From: a bacterium
GTDB lineage: Bacteria > Oederibacteriota > PGYV01 > Palsa-1178
Direction: 5' to 3'
Length of the DNA stretch: 64,000 bases
Assembly (NCBI GenBank): GCA_037138355.1
Contig: JBAXIL010000001.1
Span: 27,039-91,038 of the forward strand
Shown: in pieces, positions 36,631-44,367 of the stretch
How the letters are laid out: each line of letters begins with the position of its first letter
How positions within the stretch are numbered: position 1 is the first letter of the stretch
Position numbers and translations under genes: made by a program
The notes under the pieces: generated by a model
The model's input: the letters and a program-made list of their open reading frames with translations, nothing else
Databases searched by the model: none
Told to the model about the DNA's origin: nothing

Positions 36631-38598
36631 ATGAAAATAATTAGTATAAGAAATCTCAGTAAAACATATAATACAGGTAAGGTGAGTTTTAAAGCATTAG
36701 ATAATGTGTCTTTAGATGTAGAGGCAGGTGAGTTTTTGGCGATTATGGGACCCTCAGGTTCTGGAAAATCAACACTCATGCATCTTATGGGCTTTTTGGA
36801 TTCTCCCGATTCTGGTTCGTATTCATTAAATGGTATCGAAACAGCTAAATTGCCAGATGATGAATATGCTCAGCTACGATCAGGGTTTATTGGTTTTGTT
36901 TTCCAACAGTTTCATTTATTACCAAGAGAAACAACAGTAGAAAATGTAGAACTTCCTTTGATATATGCGGGTAAACCCGAGTCTCATGGAGAGGGAGTAA
37001 AGTTATTGGCTGAAGTTGGTTTAATAGCCAAAGAGCAAAATATGCCTAACGAATTGTCGGGTGGAGAAAGGCAGCGCGTAGCAATAGCGAGGTCATTGGT
37101 AAATAATCCGGAAATAATATTAGCGGATGAACCAACTGGAAACTTAGATTCAAAAAGTCAGACAGAAATAATGCAACTTTTGGCTGGACTTAATAAAAAA
37201 GGGAAGACCATAATTATGGTTACGCATGATGAGGAAGTTTCTGAGTATGCTGGTAGAATAATAAGAATAAGAGATGGAAAAATAATATCTGATGTAGTGA
37301 ACAAAGGAAAGAATTATACAAGCCCAGATTCTTCTGTAAATAACAGGCACGCTGATAAAACCCCTGTAAAACCTCCTATTTCAAGAATAGAATTCGTTGA
37401 TTATATAAGACAAGCATTTAATTCTATAATGGGCAATAAATTGCGTTCGGCACTTTCAATGTTGGGCATATTAATAGGTGTGGCTGCGGTTATTGCTATG
37501 CTTGCACTTGGACAAGGGGCTAAAGATTCTATTCAAAAAAGTCTTTCTTCGCTTGGCTCTAATCTTCTGACTATAATTCCTGGTAATGTTAGAAGTGGCG
37601 GAGTATCTTTGGGGACAGGTGCAGCTACTCGTTTTACGATTCAAGATGTAGAATCTCTTGCGAAAATAAATGAAGTTAAATATACTTCTGGAACGGTGAG
37701 TGGCAGAGGACAGATAGTGTATCAGGATAAAAATTGGAGTACTCGCGTTCAGGGTGTTGGTGAAAACTATCCATTAATGAGAAACTCCATACCTTCTTAT
37801 GGAAGCTTTTTTACTGATAATGATATTCGCACAAGGAACAGGGTATGTATAATCGGACAGACTGTAGCTTTGAATATATTTGGTCAAGCCGATCCAGTCG
37901 GACAACAGATAAAAATAAACAAAATTATGTTTAAAGTCATTGGTGTTTTCCCTGCTAAGGGTTCAAGTGGTTGGCAGGATCAGGATGATGTTTTAGTAAT
38001 GCCTTTAACCACTGCTATGTTTAGATTACTTGGCAAGGAATATGTGGATTCAATCGATGTGCAGGTTAAGGATTTTTCGTTAATGCAGGCGGCTCAAAAT
38101 AATATTACAACAATTATAAGAAAAAAACATAAAATAACCAATCCTGATGATACAAGTTTTCAAATAATGAATATGGCGGATATACAAAAGACAATGACTG
38201 ATACAGCAAATTCAATGTCTTTATTACTTGGATTTATAGCTGCTATATCATTGATTGTCGGCGGTGTAGGAATTATGAATATAATGCTTGTCTCGGTTAC
38301 CGAGAGAACAAGAGAAATAGGTTTGAGGAAAGCTATAGGAGCAAAGAAAAAGGATATTATGACGCAGTTTATTATAGAGTCGGTACTCATGACATTTATT
38401 GGTGGAGTAGCTGGAATAATACTTGGTTCCACAATATCAATTCTTTTATCTTCTTTGGCAAAGTGGACTACCAGCATATCTTTGGCCTCAGTTTTGGGAG
38501 TTACTTTTTTCTCAATAGGCGTTGGCATTATATTTGGTATATTGCCTGCAAAAAAAGCTGCCGAATTAAATCCAATAGACGCTTTGAGATACGAATAA
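36631..38598 (+). CDS. macB: MacB-type ABC transporter, fused ATPase-permease
   Basis: GPSGSGKST, LSGGERQRVAIAR, ILADEPTG, LRSALSMLGILIG, GIMNIMLVSVTERTREIGLRKAIGA, PIDALRYE. Confidence 0.93.
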   Translation: MKIISIRNLSKTYNTGKVSFKALDNVSLDVEAGEFLAIMGPSGSGKSTLMHLMGFLDSPDSGSYSLNGIETAKLPDDEYAQLRSGFIGFVFQQFHLLPRETTVENVELPLIYAGKPESHGEGVKLLAEVGLIAKEQNMPNELSGGERQRVAIARSLVNNPEIILADEPTGNLDSKSQTEIMQLLAGLNKKGKTIIMVTHDEEVSEYAGRIIRIRDGKIISDVVNKGKNYTSPDSSVNNRHADKTPVKPPISRIEFVDYIRQAFNSIMGNKLRSALSMLGILIGVAAVIAMLALGQGAKDSIQKSLSSLGSNLLTIIPGNVRSGGVSLGTGAATRFTIQDVESLAKINEVKYTSGTVSGRGQIVYQDKNWSTRVQGVGENYPLMRNSIPSYGSFFTDNDIRTRNRVCIIGQTVALNIFGQADPVGQQIKINKIMFKVIGVFPAKGSSGWQDQDDVLVMPLTTAMFRLLGKEYVDSIDVQVKDFSLMQAAQNNITTIIRKKHKITNPDDTSFQIMNMADIQKTMTDTANSMSLLLGFIAAISLIVGGVGIMNIMLVSVTERTREIGLRKAIGAKKKDIMTQFIIESVLMTFIGGVAGIILGSTISILLSSLAKWTTSISLASVLGVTFFSIGVGIIFGILPAKKAAELNPIDALRYE

Positions 38599-38709
38599 AG
38601 CAAACTAATAATCTTGCTGGTTAATATCCATTTTTTAGTTTAATTCCTTGTATAAAAATCGTATAATTATTAATGTTTCATATACTTATAACTTTAATAA
38701 AGGAAAACA

Positions 38710-40095
38710 ATGATACAAATTTATGATAAACGAACACAGAATGCAGCATTGGCAGTCTCAATGCTTAGCGCCATATTTAATTCTATGGGAAGTTCTTCGG
38801 TTAATGTAGCACTTCCTGCCATAGGTCAAGAATTTTCCATGAATGCTGCTATGCTTGGCTGGGTAGCAACTACAATGATTTTAGCTGCTTCTATATTTGT
38901 TGTACCTTTTGGAAAAATTGCAGATATATTTGGAAGAAAAAAACTTATGATTATTGGTACTTCTGTATATACTATTGGTTCTATATTGGCCGCTCTTAGT
39001 GTTAGCACCTTCTTTCTTTTAACTTCAAGAGTAATTCAAGGAATAGGGGCTTCTATGATTTTTGGAACGAGTGTTGCAATACTTACTTCAGTTTTTCCTG
39101 CTGAAAAAAGAGGTTGGGCTTTAGGTTGGAATGTATCTGCGGTATATATGGGGCTAACAGCTGGACCTTTTATAGGTGGTTTACTTACTTCATATTTGGG
39201 ATGGCGTTATATTTTTTGGCTCAATGTCCCACTTGGAATCCTATCGTTGTTTTTTCTTGTTTTTATGCTAAAGGGAGAGTGGGCAGAAGCTAAAGATGAG
39301 AAGTTTGATTATCTTGGTTCGTTGATTCTTGCGCTATTAATAACATGCCTTATTTATGGTCTTTCTAAAATGCCTTCATATCTTGGTGGCATTTTGTTAA
39401 TGTTTGGTATAGTCCTATTATTTATATTCGTGAAATTTGAAGAGAAGCATGTAAATCCTGTTGTTAATATGAAATTATTTGAGAATAATATAGTTTTTAC
39501 ATATTCTAATTTGGCAACTCTTATTCATTATTCATCTGCTTTTGCTGTTTCCATAATGTTGAGTCTTTATCTTCAATATGTCAAAGGTTTTGATCCGCGT
39601 CACGCAGGAGTGATACTTATGGCGCAACCAGCGGTTATGATGTTTATAGCACCTTGGGCAGGGAAAATATCAGATAAATATTTACCTGGGACAATTGCAG
39701 CTATCGGTATGAGCATGACCATGATTGGATTAGTTCTGTTTTCGTTTTTGCAAATTGATACACCGTTATTATATATAATAGTTTGTTTAATGTTTATAGG
39801 AGCAGGTTTTGGATTTTTTTCATCGCCAAATACAAATGCAATTATGTCATCAGTAGAGCGAAGATACTATGGAGTTGCTTCTGGAATTATTAGTACCATG
39901 AGGCAATCAGGTCAAATGGTTGGTTTAGCGATTGCAACTATGTTTCTATCATTTTTTATTGGTAATTTCCAAATAACACCTGATAAACACGAGGCATTTT
40001 TGTTGGCAGTTAAGTCAGCTTTTATTGTTTTTTCAGTCTTTTGTTTCTTTGGTATATTTGCTTCATTGGCAAAAGGAAAACAAAAGGGAATATAA
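38710..40095 (+). CDS. MFS transporter, DHA2 (14-TM) drug:H+ antiporter-like
   Basis: VNVALPAI, GKIADIFGRKK, RVIQGIG, GPFIGGLLT..LGWRYIFWLNVP, FDYLG. Confidence 0.92.
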   Translation: MIQIYDKRTQNAALAVSMLSAIFNSMGSSSVNVALPAIGQEFSMNAAMLGWVATTMILAASIFVVPFGKIADIFGRKKLMIIGTSVYTIGSILAALSVSTFFLLTSRVIQGIGASMIFGTSVAILTSVFPAEKRGWALGWNVSAVYMGLTAGPFIGGLLTSYLGWRYIFWLNVPLGILSLFFLVFMLKGEWAEAKDEKFDYLGSLILALLITCLIYGLSKMPSYLGGILLMFGIVLLFIFVKFEEKHVNPVVNMKLFENNIVFTYSNLATLIHYSSAFAVSIMLSLYLQYVKGFDPRHAGVILMAQPAVMMFIAPWAGKISDKYLPGTIAAIGMSMTMIGLVLFSFLQIDTPLLYIIVCLMFIGAGFGFFSSPNTNAIMSSVERRYYGVASGIISTMRQSGQMVGLAIATMFLSFFIGNFQITPDKHEAFLLAVKSAFIVFSVFCFFGIFASLAKGKQKGI

Positions 40096-40124
40096 TGTTT
40101 GTTGTAGTGTTTCACAAAAACATC

Positions 40125-40152
40125 TTGACACTTACTCAAAATGTAATAAAAT
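40125..40152 (+). promoter_or_regulatory. sigma70 promoter of the tRNA-Val locus
   Basis: TTGACA 40125-40130, 16 bp, TAAAAT 40147-40152. Confidence 0.7.
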
Positions 40153-40179
40153 CAATGAGTTATTTGATTAAATATTAAT

Positions 40180-40294
40180 ATTGGAAAGAATGCATCATGC
40201 TGGGCGCGTGCCGGCAAAGAACGCCGGCGAGATGAGAGGAACGAATTAATTGAGGAGTGTTCCTGCGGAACACGGGTATCTTAGCTCAGTTGGT
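40180..40294 (+). repeat. Upstream duplicate of the tRNA-Val leader and 5' end, interrupted by a 73-nt GC-rich insert
   Basis: ATTGGAAAGAATGCATCATG at 40180-40199 equals 40327-40346; GGGCGCGT 40202-40209, then the insert, then AGCTCAGTTGGT 40283-40294, matching tRNA nt 1-20. Confidence 0.85.
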
Positions 40295-40298
40295 AAAC

Positions 40299-40315
40299 AA
40301 CCCTTTTGGGTTTTT
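40299..40315 (+). terminator. Weak terminator-like hairpin between the duplicate and the intact tRNA
   Basis: AACCC-TTTT-GGGTT followed by TTT. Confidence 0.4.
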
Positions 40316-40349
40316 GATATAGTTTGATTGGAAAGAATGCATCATGTAT

Positions 40350-40426
40350 GGGCGCGTAGCTCAGTTGGTTAGAGTATTAGCTCGACAAGCTAAGGGTCAC
40401 TGGTTCGATCCCAGTCGCGCCCACCA
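40350..40426 (+). tRNA. tRNA-Val(GAC) with encoded CCA; C at position 33
   Basis: Cloverleaf: GGGCGCG/CGCGCCC, D arm GCTC/GAGT, anticodon arm TTAGC-TCGACAA-GCTAA, T arm ACTGG-TTCGATC-CCAGT, discriminator A plus CCA. Confidence 0.95.
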
Positions 40427-40534
40427 TGATGCATTCTTTTATTTTGTAAGATTGAATATTTTTGAGCTGTAGACATAGCGTAATATAAAATCGATATATA
40501 TAATCAAACATAACAAATAACATAGGGGTGAGTT

Positions 40535-43084
40535 ATGGATATTAATGTAAAAGATATAATGGGAATTTCCGAAGTACAGGCAGCAGAGCGACTTAAAACT
40601 GATGGTTATAATGAACTACCTTCTGCTAAAAGAAAAAGTATTTTTAACATAGCCTTTGAGGTAGTAAAAGAGCCTATGTTTATTCTTCTTGTATCATGTG
40701 GAGTTATTTATTTATTTTTGGGAGATAAAGAAGAAGCTTTGATGCTTTTAGGATTTGTCTTTATTGTCATGGGTATTACATTTTACCAAGAAAGAAAAAC
40801 AGAACGAGCACTTGAAGCTCTAAAAGATTTATCAAGTCCAAGAGCGCTTGTTATTAGGGATGGAGTACAGCATCGTATTGCTGGTAGAGAAGTTGTGGTT
40901 GGCGATATGGTAGTGCTTTCGGAGGGCGATAGAATACCAGCAGACGGAGTTGTAATATGGAATAATAATTTATCATGTGATGAGTCTTTGTTAACTGGAG
41001 AATCTGTACCAGTAAATAAATCAACAGGAAAAAGTAATTTGACTATGGATAGACCTGGTGGTGACGATTTACCTTTTATTTTTTCTGGTTCTATGTCTGT
41101 TCATGGACAAGCTGTAGTTGAAATAAAATCAACAGGTTTGAAAACAGAGATTGGAAAAATAGGAGCAGCTCTACATTCTTTAGAACAAGACAGTACCAGA
41201 TTACAAAAGGAAATAAATAGTCTTGTTAAAAAAGTGGCTGTGGTAGGCGTGTTTTTATGTGTCTTGGTTTTTGTTGTTTATGGATTGTCAAGAGCAGATT
41301 GGCTTAAAGGATTTTTGGCTGGATTGAGTCTTGCTATGGCTATTTTACCTGAAGAATTTCCAGTTGTCTTAACGATTTTTTTCGCTCTTGGAGCATGGCG
41401 TATATCTAAAAAACGAGTGTTAACAAGGCGCGTGCCTGTCATAGAAACGCTTGGTTCGGCTACTGTCTTGTGCGTGGATAAAACTGGAACTTTAACCATG
41501 AATAAAATGACAATAGAAATGATTTATACTAATAAAAAACTTTATGATATATCTGGAGGTTTAGATTTTAAAAAATCTCCAGAAGTAAAAGATATTGTTG
41601 AAACTGGGATAATGGCATGTCAAAAAGATCCATTTGATCCTATGGAAAAAGCTTTTAAGGAACTTGGAAAATCTGCTGGCCTTGATTGCGAGAAGTTATT
41701 TGAGAGTATGGAATTTGTACGCGAATATCCATTATCAAAAAAAATGTTGGCTTTGTCTCACGCATTTAAAAGACCTTCTACGGGTTCGTATTTTGTGGCT
41801 TCTAAAGGCGCACCTGAAGCTATAATGGATATGTGTCATATGGAGCCAAATGATGTTGAATTCACAATGTCAAAAGTCAATGAAATGGCATCTAAGGGGT
41901 ACCGCGTGCTTGGCGTAGCAATAGCGGACTATGCAGTTGAAAAATTACCTGATGATCAACATGATTTTATTTTCAGATTTGCTGGTTTGGTTGGGCTTGC
42001 TGATCCAGTTAGGCCACAGGTTAAAACAGCGGTTGCCGAATGTTATTCCGCTGGTATTAGGGTAGTTATGATTACTGGTGATTATCCTGCTACGGCCGCT
42101 AATATAGCGCAGCAGATTGGTTTAAGGAATAAAGATAATGTCATAACTGGTAAAGATTTAGATACTATGCCTGAGGCTCAAATAATAGAACGCATGAAAG
42201 AAACTAATATTTTTGCAAGAGTAGTGCCTGAACAAAAATTAAAAATAGTTAATATGCTAAAAATGTCAGGAGAGGTTGTTGCTATGACTGGTGATGGTGT
42301 GAATGATGCTCCGGCTTTAAAAGCTGCGGACATAGGTATAGCAATGGGTGCCAGGGGAACTGATGTTGCAAGAGAATCAGCATCTTTAGTACTTCTCGAT
42401 GATGATTTTGAATCAATTGCAGCAGCTGTTAAAATGGGTAGGCGTATTTTTGATAATCTAAAAAAAGCTCTGTCTTATATAGTTTCGGTTCATGTGCCTA
42501 TTGCGGGACTTTCGCTTTTGCCAGTTTTGTTTAAGTGGCCGCTGATTATGATGCCTGTGCATATAGTATTTTTGGAGTTGATAATTGACCCTGCATGTTC
42601 TACGGTTTTTGAAGCCGAACCTGAGGAAAAAGATGTTATGAAAAGAAAACCGCGAAATAAAAATGATTCAGTTTTTGGTGTCAAGCCACTTGTTATAAGT
42701 TTGTTACAAGGTTTTGTGGTTCTTGGTGTAGTTCTTACTGTCTTTATTATGTCAGGTAAATTGCACGCAAGTGAGAACGAAGCGAGAACAATGGCGTTTG
42801 CAACAGTTGTCTTTTCAAATATATGTATGATACTGACAAATCTTTCTTGGACGAGAAATGTATTTGAGATAATACGAGATCCAAATCCAGCTATGTGGTG
42901 GGTCATCAGTGGTGCTTTAGCTTTGATAACATCCGTTTTATACATTCCTGGTCTCAGAACACTTTTTGGATTTGGCATTTTGCATTTAAATGATCTGTTA
43001 ATTTGTATAGCTGCTGGATTTTTTAGTATTGCATGGTTCGAAATAGCAAAAGTGATGATGAAAAAGAAAACAATAATGGCTTAA
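40535..43084 (+). CDS. P-type (P2-like) cation-transporting ATPase
   Basis: DESLLTGES, LPEEFP, CVDKTGT, KGAPE, MITGD, TGDGVNDAPALK. Confidence 0.95.
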   Translation: MDINVKDIMGISEVQAAERLKTDGYNELPSAKRKSIFNIAFEVVKEPMFILLVSCGVIYLFLGDKEEALMLLGFVFIVMGITFYQERKTERALEALKDLSSPRALVIRDGVQHRIAGREVVVGDMVVLSEGDRIPADGVVIWNNNLSCDESLLTGESVPVNKSTGKSNLTMDRPGGDDLPFIFSGSMSVHGQAVVEIKSTGLKTEIGKIGAALHSLEQDSTRLQKEINSLVKKVAVVGVFLCVLVFVVYGLSRADWLKGFLAGLSLAMAILPEEFPVVLTIFFALGAWRISKKRVLTRRVPVIETLGSATVLCVDKTGTLTMNKMTIEMIYTNKKLYDISGGLDFKKSPEVKDIVETGIMACQKDPFDPMEKAFKELGKSAGLDCEKLFESMEFVREYPLSKKMLALSHAFKRPSTGSYFVASKGAPEAIMDMCHMEPNDVEFTMSKVNEMASKGYRVLGVAIADYAVEKLPDDQHDFIFRFAGLVGLADPVRPQVKTAVAECYSAGIRVVMITGDYPATAANIAQQIGLRNKDNVITGKDLDTMPEAQIIERMKETNIFARVVPEQKLKIVNMLKMSGEVVAMTGDGVNDAPALKAADIGIAMGARGTDVARESASLVLLDDDFESIAAAVKMGRRIFDNLKKALSYIVSVHVPIAGLSLLPVLFKWPLIMMPVHIVFLELIIDPACSTVFEAEPEEKDVMKRKPRNKNDSVFGVKPLVISLLQGFVVLGVVLTVFIMSGKLHASENEARTMAFATVVFSNICMILTNLSWTRNVFEIIRDPNPAMWWVISGALALITSVLYIPGLRTLFGFGILHLNDLLICIAAGFFSIAWFEIAKVMMKKKTIMA

Positions 43085-43176
43085 TTTTCAAAGCGATAGG
43101 AAAGTCTTTTTGCTGTTATAGACCATACCAAATGAACCACTCCTTATATAATTCATTAATTGTATCAAATAATTGC

Positions 43177-43205
43177 TTGACATTATTATATACAAAGTGT
43201 ATACT
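43177..43205 (+). promoter_or_regulatory. Strong sigma70 promoter of the PUR-domain gene
   Basis: TTGACA 43177-43182, 17 bp, TATACT 43200-43205. Confidence 0.8.
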
Positions 43206-43295
43206 ATTTATAAGATCAAACATACACCTTCTGCAGGGGCTGAAAGTGTGTGACTAAAACGAATATTCCCGGAACTAAAATATGGAGGGGTTTTT

Positions 43296-43556
43296 ATGAG
43301 CGAACAGGAAACAGTTTTTTCGAAAGTAGTAAGTTCAGGTAAGAAAAAGTACTACATGGATGTGAGAAAGGCAAAGACAGGAAGTTTGTACCTCACAATC
43401 AAAGAGGTCACTGTTGGCGATACGCAAGATAAAGCCGAATCTCGCAGAATCCTTGTATTTGACAATGCAATAAAGGATTTTACAGAGGCAATGGATGAGA
43501 TTAAGAAACATATACCAGCAAGAGAATCAGGCAAATCGGTTTCAGTCGCAATTTAG
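43296..43556 (+). CDS. PUR-domain (DUF3276/BpuR-like) nucleic-acid-binding protein
   Basis: VFSKVVSSGKKKYYMDVRK..G..YLTIKE...RILVF...F; GGAGG SD. Confidence 0.85.
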   Translation: MSEQETVFSKVVSSGKKKYYMDVRKAKTGSLYLTIKEVTVGDTQDKAESRRILVFDNAIKDFTEAMDEIKKHIPARESGKSVSVAI

Positions 43557-43587
43557 TCCTCAATTAATATCAGAGTTGCTATATAAC

Positions 43588-43618
43588 AAAACGGCAGTCC
43601 GGGAACTGCCGTTTTTTT
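43588..43618 (+). terminator. Intrinsic terminator after the PUR gene
   Basis: AAAACGGCAGT-CCGGGA-ACTGCCGTTTTTTT. Confidence 0.88.
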
Positions 43619-43750
43619 ATTATATATGTGATTTTGATTAATTGCTTGTAAAACAAGAGTATTTATAGTATAAATTAACTATTGTTGTTATGTGGTTTAT
43701 GTTGTTAACACATTATGACCACTATTTTTTTGTTAAATTATGGAGAAGAT

Positions 43751-44344
43751 ATGATGACTGATACTCAAAAAAAGCTTGATGCGGTTGCTCAAAACCTTAT
43801 AAATAAGCACTATAAGGTTCACAAAGCTGAGTCCGTCGATGAAGCAAGAATTCAAATATTAAATATTATTGGTAAGGATGATATTGTAGGAGTGGGTGGT
43901 TCGCTAACAATTAGAGCAGTAAATATCATAGAAGCCTTAATAAGTCGTGGTAATAAGGTGATACAACATTGGTTGCCTGAGGCAACTGTAGAAGAAGTGA
44001 AGGAGGCAAGGCGTCAAGCAGTAAGGCTTTCTGATGTGTATCTGACAAGTACAAACGCAATAACATTAGCTGGGGACCTAATCAATATAGACACTTATGG
44101 CAATAGAGTGGCTGCCATGATATATGGACCGAAGAAAGTTATTATTGTAGCAGGATATAATAAAATAATGGAAAATACTGAAACTGCTTTTGCTCATATT
44201 CGAGACAAAACGGCAGTGAGAAATGCAATGCGTTTAAAAATAGACAATCCAAAGGGGTTTTGTAAGGTCGCGACTATTATTTATGATAAGCCAACTGATA
44301 CGGATATTACCATAATACTAATAAATAACGAACTCGGTTTTTGA
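43751..44344 (+). CDS. LUD-domain (lactate utilization LutC/YkgG-like) protein
   Basis: VGVGGSLT, DVYLTSTNAIT..G.LINID..GNRVAAMIYGPKKVIIVAGYNKI; start placed after GGAG. Confidence 0.88.
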   Translation: MMTDTQKKLDAVAQNLINKHYKVHKAESVDEARIQILNIIGKDDIVGVGGSLTIRAVNIIEALISRGNKVIQHWLPEATVEEVKEARRQAVRLSDVYLTSTNAITLAGDLINIDTYGNRVAAMIYGPKKVIIVAGYNKIMENTETAFAHIRDKTAVRNAMRLKIDNPKGFCKVATIIYDKPTDTDITIILINNELGF

Positions 44345-44367
44345 TTTTAAAAAAATAAGGAGCTAAT

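Noticed and set aside
40210..40282. The 73-nt insert as a second tRNA or a self-splicing intron
   Set aside because: No cloverleaf or T-loop on either strand, far too short for a group I/II core, and the interrupted copy lacks its own 3' half.
40180..40440. tRNA duplication as attL/attR of a prophage or genomic island, or as a mini-CRISPR
   Set aside because: The 5' rather than the 3' end is duplicated, the copies are only 147 nt apart, there are just two copies, and no integrase or cas gene is in the window.
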